A DNA stretch of 64,000 bases from a virus (lineage: Duplodnaviria > Caudoviricetes): positions 34,841-98,840 of IMG/VR virus record IMGVR_UViG_3300033074_001413. One strand, written 5' to 3'. The position numbers and the translations under genes are program-made. Below the pieces are notes generated by a model. It saw only the letters and a list, made by a program, of their open reading frames with translations. It did no database searches and was not told the DNA's origin. Position 1 is the first letter of the stretch, and every line of letters starts with the position of its first letter. Below, one piece after another: positions 38,273-49,000 of this stretch.

Positions 38273-39382
38273 TTAGAAAGGCGTTACAGGGATGAACTGG
38301 AAGTCCTTGTCGAACCTCAGAGCGAACCCCGATAATGCCTTGAATGGCATTACAGCGCGTATCATACCAGTTCTGTTCTTGATAGCTGGATCGTTGATAA
38401 CGAACGCCGTCTGTCCCTTGGCTGGTAGAGTAATCGTAGTGGTGCTAAGCAGAACGCCGCCATCATCATAGTAAGTGATTGTGACAGGCTCCGGGTAGTT
38501 GAGAGAGTTGAGTAGTGCCAAACCAGTCACTCTACCATTGGTGTTATCATAGGCAAGGTTGATGGTGTCGGTTGTTACCGCGTTGGCTGGTAACGCTGCT
38601 TCATGAGCAGCCGCATCAGTGGTCTCGTAGATAATCGTCACACCAACTGGCTGATTCAGAATTGGCTTGATCTCAGCCGACCCAACGAGGGTGTCCTTGT
38701 TGAGTACATCTTCAATAACCAACGTCACCGTACCATATCCATTAACAATTTCACTAATATTGGCACTATAACGACCATCACGCAACCGGAAGGCCGTTGG
38801 TAACCCATTCGATCCATAGAACTTAATGTCTAGGACACTCGGGGTGTTGTTCGGGTTGGTAAACTGTAGTAGTGTTCGCCAGCCATATCCGGATGCAATA
38901 TGCGGCACCACTCTGGTGTCTGCAGACGGGAACTGATACTGCCTATCATCAATAACCGATAGGCTCAGGTTGGTGCTTAGGGCCGTGTTAGTAAGTGTAT
39001 CTTGAACGACAATAGGGATGGACATCGTTCCGATTTGCAACGTATCAATGTTCACACCGACAAACACATTGACGGACTCACCCGGCTGCAGGAATCCATA
39101 CAGGCTTGTTTGCCCGAAGGACACATTGTTAGCAGAGAAGGTGAACGGATTGTAGTTTTGATAGTTGACCGGAGTGTAGATTCTGTATGCCCGCGCTCCT
39201 GTCGTTCCTGGTGGTAATGCTACTACGACTGGGGTTGTAAGCCATACATTACCGCCTGGGTACTTGCTAACCACGCCGTTGAACTGCAGAGGGGAAACCG
39301 TGAACGGGTAAGCAGGTACGGACTGAGCAAATGAACAGACAGCAAATAGGACAAATAACGCGAATAGAATGTATTTCTTCAT
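38273..39382 (-). CDS. Secreted beta-rich protein with a signal peptide
   Basis: MKKYILFALFVLFAVCSFA-Q signal; PHIASGYGWRT and YDNTNGRVTGLALLN motifs; late CTAAATA promoter upstream. Confidence 0.7.
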   Translation of the reverse strand: MKKYILFALFVLFAVCSFAQSVPAYPFTVSPLQFNGVVSKYPGGNVWLTTPVVVALPPGTTGARAYRIYTPVNYQNYNPFTFSANNVSFGQTSLYGFLQPGESVNVFVGVNIDTLQIGTMSIPIVVQDTLTNTALSTNLSLSVIDDRQYQFPSADTRVVPHIASGYGWRTLLQFTNPNNTPSVLDIKFYGSNGLPTAFRLRDGRYSANISEIVNGYGTVTLVIEDVLNKDTLVGSAEIKPILNQPVGVTIIYETTDAAAHEAALPANAVTTDTINLAYDNTNGRVTGLALLNSLNYPEPVTITYYDDGGVLLSTTTITLPAKGQTAFVINDPAIKNRTGMIRAVMPFKALSGFALRFDKDFQFIPVTPF

Positions 39383-40034
39383 ATAACCTCAGAGGGTGGA
39401 TTATCCCAGGTTTTCTGGGTCTGACATATTTAGGTCTGCAAAATCCTTGCAAACAATATGGGGAACTTTATGAAGCCGCGCCACCGGGATCATCGATCTC
39501 ATGGTCGGCGACGTAGCGATATCGATTTTTGATTATACAGATGGATTTCTCGAACTGGTCGTGCAAACTCCCACCAGTTACGCCTAATTCATGAAGCTTG
39601 TCCATGACATCTGATAGGGATTCGTAAATGGTCATAGTATATAGTCGTCGGGAGGGTGGAGCTTGCAGGATGAATGACCATGATAATTTCCCTTCTCATC
39701 ATGGCACATTGCATGGTCTTGCTCGAACTGAGTGGAACATTCCTTATGCCATACCCCGATTCCTTTCTTAGGATGATATCGTTCGATATGTGGTTGCGCG
39801 TATTGAACCTCTTTGTCACATACGGGGCATACCGAAATCACATAGTCCGGAGGGGTGTTGGGATCGGGCTTGCCAAGGATGCTACGAACGTAGGCCTTGT
39901 CAATATAGTCATGACATTCTTTGGAACATACTCGAGCAGTGGCTCCGCTATGGACCCATCCAGAGCCAAATGTAGCTCTATACGGCTTACCACAGCCGTT
40001 GCAGAATATCATCTGTTGCTCGAAGTATGGCATA

Positions 40035-40817
40035 TCAAGTACACAGCTTCTGTATTGCACCAATTACAGCGTTCAAATCGGTGTGGTAGAAACCAGCCGA
40101 GTTGATACAGTTCACTTCAATCACCTTATGGTCTGTGGTCCCTGCTGGTAGTGCAATGTCAAGTACGAATGCTTCTGCTGGTTGCCACTTGTCAACCATG
40201 CGTTGGGCAAATACCCACGAGTCCGCACCATCCTCTACCCGACGTTGATCGGATAACCCCCACTGACGGTAACGAGACCCAGAGATTACTTTACCATTCA
40301 CAATGAAGAAGCGCCACTCCATGGCAATGTCCTTTACGTCAGACATACCAACTAACGTTTCAGGTCGTATTCGTGAGTACCCGTCAGATACTCGCTGAAC
40401 AGCTTCCTTCCAGTTCTCAATTTCTTCGTTGTGAACTACAGTTCCATCAAATCGCTTCTTGTCGTCCACTGGCCGAATGAATTTGGTGCCTTCGAATGTC
40501 GGAATCTTGCAGAACTCATAGAATTCAACATCACCGTTCAGCATATTCTCCCGGCCATATGCCTCGGTCCATATGCGTTGATCGTGATTATCGTTCAAGA
40601 ACGTGCCTGGATTCCAACCCTTCTTCTTGGCGACACCGTCCATACTGACAGAACCCCATGCCATCACTCTACCGGGTGGGTTGACATCCGGTATAATCTC
40701 GTAAGCGAATGGGATCACTTTGACGACGGTAAACTCAGCATTGTGGTCGCGCAGAGCTTGGATGAAAGAGTCATACCCCGCCTCATCGCGGATGTTTTCT
40801 TGCACGACCCAGTACAT
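40035..40817 (-). CDS. ATP-grasp protein (R2K/DUF4343-like)
   Basis: FIRPVDDKKRFDG...EWRFFIVNGKVI...FVLDIA...VIEVNCINSAGFY. Confidence 0.85.
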   Translation of the reverse strand: MYWVVQENIRDEAGYDSFIQALRDHNAEFTVVKVIPFAYEIIPDVNPPGRVMAWGSVSMDGVAKKKGWNPGTFLNDNHDQRIWTEAYGRENMLNGDVEFYEFCKIPTFEGTKFIRPVDDKKRFDGTVVHNEEIENWKEAVQRVSDGYSRIRPETLVGMSDVKDIAMEWRFFIVNGKVISGSRYRQWGLSDQRRVEDGADSWVFAQRMVDKWQPAEAFVLDIALPAGTTDHKVIEVNCINSAGFYHTDLNAVIGAIQKLCT

Positions 40818-41086
40818 TACTTGTAGAATCCTTGTACTTCAAGTACTTGACCGCAATGGCACCGGAAATACGTCACGTGTCTTTCGGGGGAGTAGCCAAT
40901 CCTGGTGACATCAGTATGGGTGAATTGAGTGCACTTACTCGTTGTGTTGGGTGTTTCTTTCATATTCGGCTTTGGTTATTTCTTCTAATATGCAGCCGGG
41001 TTCCTCCACCAGCACGTCTTTCACTCCGCGACTGGTGCAGTAGCCAATTACTTTCTTGGTATGCTTACCTATGATCGCATAATACT

Positions 41087-41722
41087 TCATGAGATCTTTC
41101 TATTGACGCAGAACTCCAGAATGTTAGGGGGAGTGCCCATCTTATGAAGGCGAATCAGTTCAGCCTCCATCTCCGGTGTGTGACGTGAACGGGACCGAAG
41201 ATAAAGCACGTCAGAAGCACACTCCTTGGAGATGTCCATTTTCTTGGAGAGTTCTTCTGCCGCATTCATGAATCGTTCCATCAGGACCTCCATGAACGCA
41301 TTGACGGTGTCCCATCCTTCTTCCGTGGTGTCGCCATCGACACTGACTACAACGACGCCATTATCGGCGGTGACGTTGATGTCCGGTGGACGATGAGTGT
41401 CTGCTTCTTCTTGAGACATTTTCACGCCACGGAGTAGCTCCAGTACACGCTGTGCACCACATTCATCGAAGCCCTGCCCGTGTCCATTATTGAGCAGTAT
41501 GGCCGTGCCAGCCATGGCCTTGAGATACTGGTTCATCGGGAGGTTATCGGTATAGCAGTTGCCATCACCGATGATGTACCAATCTCCAAGAAGTCCTTCG
41601 TCAGTCGATCTATCGCCGAAGATCTCCTGAACCAGCTTGGAGGCATCCTCTTCACTGTTGACTGGAACCATATAAGGTTCATCGGAAACTGGTACGACAA
41701 CGTAGTAACTCATCGACACCAT
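41087..41722 (-). CDS. Hypothetical acidic protein
   Basis: 211-aa ORF. Confidence 0.55.
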   Translation of the reverse strand: MVSMSYYVVVPVSDEPYMVPVNSEEDASKLVQEIFGDRSTDEGLLGDWYIIGDGNCYTDNLPMNQYLKAMAGTAILLNNGHGQGFDECGAQRVLELLRGVKMSQEEADTHRPPDINVTADNGVVVVSVDGDTTEEGWDTVNAFMEVLMERFMNAAEELSKKMDISKECASDVLYLRSRSRHTPEMEAELIRLHKMGTPPNILEFCVNRKIS

Positions 41723-41759
41723 TATACCTTCAAATAAAGCGTTGAAGCAAATAGTAAAC

Positions 41760-42281
41760 TTAGTCGCCAGCTTGACAGGATACTACGACGTCTTTCATCA
41801 TTGCGTCGGCGTCGGTATACTGGGCATACACGCTCTGCATGTCCAGATCGTAGTCGAATTCATCGAAGTCGGTATCCGCCATTTGGCCACGGATCGCCGC
41901 CACCAGCTTTTCGGAGAATTCCGGCGAAAGGGTGCTTACCCTCAGAGCCACAACGGTATTGGTGGTGCCCTCGACCAGAACAATGGTCAAGAGGATGTGC
42001 TCACCGCTGTTGTATACTGGCTCGCTGGCATCCCGCGCCGCTTTCCAGTGGAACGGTGCGTCTCCCTGCAGAGAGTCACCGAATTTATAGATCAGGAAGA
42101 TGATGTTCTCAGCCTCCAACAACCCAAAGGTGGCCGTCCCATGCTGGACAGCGTTGATCTCCTCGGGGGATAAGCCGTCGAGTGTCAAGGCGAGCATGTG
42201 ATGGTTCCCGCGCACGTTGTATTCAGCGCCGTTTGGGGGAATTTGATCCCAAAACTGTTTACCGATCTCAATCACCATCAT
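41760..42281 (-). CDS. Hypothetical protein
   Basis: Start re-assigned to 42281 (TTGCAG...TTCACC...GTTAAT-N6-ATG), which removes the overlap with the tail tube gene. Confidence 0.6.
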   Translation of the reverse strand: MMVIEIGKQFWDQIPPNGAEYNVRGNHHMLALTLDGLSPEEINAVQHGTATFGLLEAENIIFLIYKFGDSLQGDAPFHWKAARDASEPVYNSGEHILLTIVLVEGTTNTVVALRVSTLSPEFSEKLVAAIRGQMADTDFDEFDYDLDMQSVYAQYTDADAMMKDVVVSCQAGD

Positions 42282-42336
42282 AATTCCATTAACATTATTG
42301 AAGGTGAAATCTGCAATAGGCCACCTAAATACGGTT

Positions 42337-42966
42337 ATGCCATTCAACATCGATGGGTTTCGTTCCGCTTTGAAGGAAGACGTCGTAAAAGCCCATAACT
42401 TTGAAGTTATTATGCCATTTCCATTGTGGGCCAGGATGTCATTGAGTGGTGTTGGCGTTCCTGTTTCCGGCATAGGCACTGTAACTACACCGCTCATATC
42501 TCCTGTAGATGACTTTCAGTTCTTTTGTAAGTCCACGGTACTCCCTCCACACGATATTGGGGTGGTTGAAGTACCCTATTGGGGTGGTCGTAAGATTCAG
42601 TTGGCTGGTGACAGATCCGGTAATGAATGGAGCATCACTGTCATAAGTGATGCTCGATACCGCTACCGAGCCATATTTGAGAGATGGCAAGCCGGGATCG
42701 TAACTCACAAATCGAACTTACGTAAGTCCGCTGCTGATACCAGCAGTTACTTTTCCTATGCTAGTGGGTACATGGTGGACGCCCAGGTGATCCACTACGG
42801 TCAGAAGAAGGATGAAACGCTTCGGATATATAAACTAATCGGAGTATGGCCTCTTCAAGTGTCTAATGTTGATGTCTCCTGGGACACCACGGACGCCTAT
42901 GAGGAGTATCAGGTCACATTCCGGTTCCAATGGATGGAAATTGTTAGGGACAATGAATTATCATAA
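42337..42966 (+). CDS. gp19: T4 gp19-like tail tube protein (or tube-fold paralog)
   Basis: FFCKSTVLP..IGVVEVPYWGGRKIQLAGDR...W.ITV..D...FERW...EEYQVTF; TAAATA-N5-ATG. Confidence 0.8.
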   Translation: MPFNIDGFRSALKEDVVKAHNFEVIMPFPLWARMSLSGVGVPVSGIGTVTTPLISPVDDFQFFCKSTVLPPHDIGVVEVPYWGGRKIQLAGDRSGNEWSITVISDARYRYRAIFERWQAGIVTHKSNLRKSAADTSSYFSYASGYMVDAQVIHYGQKKDETLRIYKLIGVWPLQVSNVDVSWDTTDAYEEYQVTFRFQWMEIVRDNELS

Positions 42967-43026
42967 GAATCACTATTTATATGGTGTGACGACCCCAAAA
43001 GCCTCCCCTAAATATAAGAGAACACT

Positions 43027-46000
43027 ATGCCAGCAATAGACTTTAACGTCGCGCCGTACAACGATGACTGGAGCGCATCGAAGAAATTCTACAGGATTCT
43101 CTTCCGTCCAGAAGCACCAGTTCAAGCTAGAGAGCTAACCCAACTCCAGACCATTCTTCAAAACCAGATATCCAGATTTGGTGACCATATATTCAAGCAT
43201 GGTTCTGTGGTAACTGGTGGGGCGGTTTCGACGAACTTCTTCGCTGGCTATGTCCGTCTGAAACCATCTTTCGGTGAACTAGATGGCAATCCAGTTCCAA
43301 TCAATATTGCCCTTTTCACCGACAAGATTATCGAGAGTGATGTCAACGGCATTGAAGCCCAAGTGTTGTATGTGGTTGATGTGACTACCAACGACCCTCC
43401 AACGCTCTATGTATCATACCTGAACAGCGGTCGCGATGGCAAAGTAAAGACGTTCCAACCGGGTGAGCAGCTTCGCATCAAAGGGACCCAAAACTATCTG
43501 ATGCAGGTCGATGACACCAACCCAACCGGGTTGGCCGCACTTGGTCATATCAACTCTGGTGTCTACTATATTCGCGGTATTTTCGCAAACGTAGACAAGC
43601 AGACCATTATCCTCAACAAGTACAACAACATATTCAATGGTCGCATGGGTCTAAAGATTGTGGAGTCTATTGTAGCTCCAGAGGAAGACCTATCACTACT
43701 TGATAACGCTCAAGGGTTCTACAACTACGCAGCGGCTGGCGCTCACCGCTATAAGATTGACTTGGTGCTCGAGTCCAGATCGCTGGATATTACAGATGAC
43801 ACCAACTTCGTTGAGCTATATCGTTACAAAGAGAGTGTAGTACAACGTAAGGTAGATAAGACAGTCTACAACGTCCTGGCTGACGAACTAGCCCGCAGAA
43901 CCTATGACGAGTCTGGCGATTACACCGTGCGCCCGTTCGGGATTGATGTGCGTGAACACCTCGACACCTCGTTTGTGGCATCCGGAACAGCACAATCTGG
44001 AACGGCGTTGATTCTTAATCCACCGAATCCAGAAGTTCCGGCAACCATCGTCCTTGCATTATCAGCGTCCGCAACTGACGATGACTACAACGGGATGCAG
44101 GTATACATCGCTGACGGTAAAGGTGCTGGTCAGAAACGTAACATCACCACATACGTTGGGGCTACTAGAACCGCTAGCGTGGATACTGATTGGGATCAGT
44201 ACAAGACTCCAGATAGCACATCCACCTTCGTAGTTATCGACCCAACTAAGATCAACCGTGGAATATACCCACCACCAACTGGTAACGAGGCAAAGCTGGC
44301 CGTTGGTATCGAGCCTGGAAAGGCATACGTCAACGGGTATGAGATCGAGACCCAAGCCACCAAGTACGTCGATGTTGACAAGGCACGAGACTCCTCATTA
44401 GCGAATAACTCCATTGTCAACACGGCACTCGGCAACTACTTTCTCGTTAAGAATATTAGTAATGTCGCATTGCCAGCACAGAACTCCGTCAATCGCAACT
44501 ACCTGCAGATAGCAATTTCGAGGAATAGACCAACAGTCGCGGATGCTAGTCCACTTGCCGCCGAAATAATGGGCTATGCACGTGTCAGATCCATTGAGTT
44601 CCATCAAGGCATTGGACCAGCAGATCCAATGGCCGTCTTCAAGATGTATGTCTTCGACGTGCAGATGAACTCAAACGAAGACATTAACCTAGCGCGTCAC
44701 TTCTTCCTATTCAACACATCCGACAATAGTAATGGCGGCAGTGCAGTGGCTTGCTATGGAGATATTTGTACATCTTTCCAAGTGAGAAATGTGGTTGGTG
44801 CCGGGTTAGTGCCAGCAGCCGTTATCAGCGGTCCTAACTCTATTGGTACGGAGAAAGTGGTATCCTATAGCCCTCAGGCTGGCATACTGCTCACCGAACC
44901 AATTGCCGGGACTGGTCAGCCTATTACAGGGACCGGACAGGGTTCCGTTAGCTCGACGACGTTCCAAATCATCTCCCGCAGAGAACTGAACGAGCCAGAG
45001 AAGAATCTCCTGGTATACCCACTCAACCAGACGGTTGTCAAGACTCTGAAGCCAAGTGGAGTAGCGGACACATCCTACACCGTTCGTAGGGTTCTTGAAG
45101 TACAAGCCAACGGTAGCGCCGAATTCATTTTCAGCTCACCGGACGCGCCATTCATGCCGTACAATCAGTACGATTATCTGGCAATCATCACCGATAGTGG
45201 TTCAATCACGCCTGGAACATGGACTGAAGGAACGGTCCTTGACCTGTCAGTATTCGACGTGACTTTCCCGGCCAGCAATCCGCCTAACAGCACGCTGATG
45301 ATTAAGTACCCGAGCACCCCAATATTCAACGGGAAGATCAAGCTGGTATGCACGGTACACAAACCATTGGTTGTGGAAAAGAAGAAGCAGCTGAATAAGT
45401 ATTTGGCGAATGCCGCGAACACCTTTAAGACATTCACAACTCCGACCCCTATTCTCCAGCTTGACGTGTGCGACGTTCTGAACGCCCGCGTGCTGATGGG
45501 AACTCAGGAAAACGTCGACCCAGTTTTGGACATTCCAACCACCTGGACAGATGTTACCAACAGATACACCTTGGATGATGGTCAGAGAGACAACCATTAC
45601 GCTCTAGCCAAGCTCACCCTACGGGCTGGTCAGCCATCTCCTCCAAACAACATCTCCGTGCGCGTCTACTACGACTATTTTGTGCACAGTGGAACTGGCG
45701 ACTACTTCTCCGTTGACTCCTACAAGGGGCAGGTCAACTACGCCGATATCCCAGTCTACACCAGCTCGACTGGTAAGAAATACCCGCTGCGTGATTGTCT
45801 TGACTTCCGTCCACGCATGGACAACACTGGCATCAACTTCGTAAAGACCGGAGCCAGCTTCTCCGATTTGGTTAAGCCAAATGATGTGGTGATTTGCGAC
45901 TATGAATACTACCTCGACAGAATCGACAAGATATTCATTGATCGGAATGGTGAATTCCATGTAATCAGAGGCAACCCATCCTTAACTCCGGTACCACCGG

Positions 46001-49000
46001 AGAACCCGAAAGACGGGATGCTCCTCTATACATTGGCTATTGAAGCATACACCATCAACACCAAGGCCGTCAAGACCCGCATGACGGAGAACAAACGGTA
46101 CACAATGCGCGACATCGGTAAGCTCGAAAAGCGTATTGAGAACCTTGAGTACTACACGTCACTTAACCTCCTTGAAAAAGACACAGCCGATATGAAGGTG
46201 ACCGACACCACTACCGGGCTGGATCGCTTCAAGAACGGGTTTATTGTAGACAACTTCAAGAACCATAACATCGGGAACGTATATGACTCTGACTACCATT
46301 GCAGCATCGACCCAGTAATTGGTGAGATGCGGCCAGAGTTCATCCAGGACAACATCAACCTTGAGTTTGTGCCACAGCCAATCTCATCCGGGTACAAGCT
46401 AGTCGGTCCGAACAACGACGTGATCATTCTCCAGTATACGGAGAAGGAGTGGGTGAAGCAACCATACTCTACCAGAATTGAGAACGTTAATCCGTTCGCT
46501 ATTTTCGGATGGGCCGGAACGGTGACTCTCGATCCACCGACCGATACCTGGAGAGATACTACCCGCGCACCAGACATTCTGGTGAACGATGACAGCGCCT
46601 ACAATGCCTACATCGCTGCACATGGTACATCTAGTGTGGTATGGAATGACTGGCAGACCACCTGGACTGGTGAGACAATCGAGACAGTCGAGCAACTCAA
46701 CAATGCCTGGACTGGTGTGTTCGAAGTGCAACGTGGTACCGAAATTCCAGGCACCAGAACTGGTCCGTTTGTCCCTGGATTTGGTGTTCGTGCACAAATT
46801 CAAATTGATGAGAGAGTAACCCAGACACGCAATGGCGTGACATCGCGCACCGGAACTCGCACGACGGTTGTTCCAAACACCGTACGTACTGAGACCACTG
46901 ACAGAGTCATCAGCGTTCAAACAGTTCCATTCATCCGCAACCGTATAGTCAAGTTCATTGGTAAAAGGATGAAGCCTAACACGAGGGTGTATCCATTCTT
47001 CGATAGTGTGGCTATATCCAAGTTCATCCGTCCAACGAGAGAAGCAGGGATGACTGATGCCACATTCCCGCTACCACAGTTCGATTCGACATACCTTCCG
47101 GTGTGGAACGACCCACTGTACACCAATGGCATTGGCACTGTCACTGGTGACTTCGATATTCCGAACAGAGACGATATCCGGTTCCGCGTTGGTACCAGGA
47201 TATTCCGTCTAACAAGCGACCCACTCAATGGACAGAACCCAGAGACATGGGGTGACGCCACCTATACCGCAGCCGGGTTGATTGAAACGCGTCAGGCGAC
47301 CATTACATCAATTAGGGAGCCACGCTTCGTTACGGAGAATATCTCCGAATCGCAGTCTATCCATGAGACCAACGTATTCACACGGTCTACGATTATTGAA
47401 GGATGGGTGGACCCACTTGCAGAAACATTCCTGTGCGACATGAAGGGTGGTATGTTCCTGACCAGAGTAGACCTATACTTTGCGTCGAAGGACGACAACA
47501 TTCCAGTCACTCTTCAGATCCGTAACGTTGAGAATGGTTATCCTGGGAAGAGAGTACTCCCATTCGGCGAAGCCACCCTCTACCCACAGACTATTGGCGA
47601 GGGCCAGATCTACACATCTGATGATGGGTCTGCGGCCACCACATTCCACTTCCCTGCTCCGGTATACCTGGAAGAGAAGCAGGAATATTGCTTGGTCGTA
47701 ATGGCCAACTCCACAAAGTATCTCGTCCATACAGCAAGAATGGGTGAAACGGCTTTCGGCAGCACCAATGTGGTCAGCCAACAGCCATACGCTGGCGTCA
47801 TGTTCAAGAGCCAAAATGCTAGTACATGGACCGCCGAACAGCTTGAAGATATCAAATTCACTCTCTACCGCGCCAGCTTCGATCCGCTGGTTCAGGCTAA
47901 TGTCTACTTCCAGAACGAGGACAAGAGCACCTATGGTAGCCTAGCCCTTGGTGGTGCTGATAACAGTCCGGAAGCGTTTATCACTCTATCCGGAACTGCT
48001 AGCACCGTAGATGACTACTACAAGGGCCAGTTTGTAAGGATCCATTCCACTGCTGCCGCCAACCAAGAGAGGGAAATTCTCTCATACAACGGCACCACCA
48101 AGGTGGCTACTGTTACCCCGGCGTGGACGGTTGTTCCTGGTGTGGATACGTTCTACTCTGTTGGTCCGAGATCGCTAACCCAAACATGGACGATATTAGA
48201 CGACGCTCCGTTCCAGACAGTAGAAGGGAGCAATGTTGTAAGAGTATTCCATGGCACACACGGTATGCCTAAGGGTCTATCCAAGAACAGCGTGGTAATC
48301 ATTGGTAATGTTCTGGAAGGATCCTATAATGGTATTCCGCATACCGATCTAATGGGTCAATTCGTAATTGATAATGTCGAGCTAGACGCCTATACCATCG
48401 AGACATCTACTAGCGCCACGGCATCAGGTAAGACTGGTCCATCTGGGGTGTTTGCCACGCAGAACAGGCAATACGACGTTTTATATCCTATCGCCAGCCA
48501 GATGGTGGTCGCTGGCACAGCAGTTGACTGGCAGTTCAAAACCACATCAGGTAAATCGCCACACAACAATGCCCAAGCCTCACAAAACCCATACGATAAG
48601 GACCAGACGTTCGCGCCAGTCACAGTCAACCAGAACGTGTACTTCAAGACACCACGTGTGATTGCGAGCACCATTAACGAAACTCAGAACATTGCTGGTG
48701 CCTCAACGTTCGACAAGAAATCAGCCATATTCCAGGCTACAATGTCCACAACGGCTGAGCACCTCTCTCCAATGATCGATTCCAAAAGGCTTGGATTAAT
48801 ATGTGTGAACAACCGAATTGACGATCCTAACTTCACTAACATCACCTTAGCCAGCCTTGACCAGGGTGTGGTAGTCAACACCGGGTTGACTCCATATACC
48901 ATGGCTATCGATGCGGCCACTGGTTGCCTGTCATGGGAAGATGCAAATGATCGCGACCTAAGCGTATTCAAGCCGGGTCACTATATCACGGTCATCGGTG

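Noticed and set aside
42282-42497. N-terminal extension of the 41760-42497 ORF overlapping the tail tube gene
   Set aside because: A promoter with leaderless ATG at 42281 gives a non-overlapping divergent arrangement.
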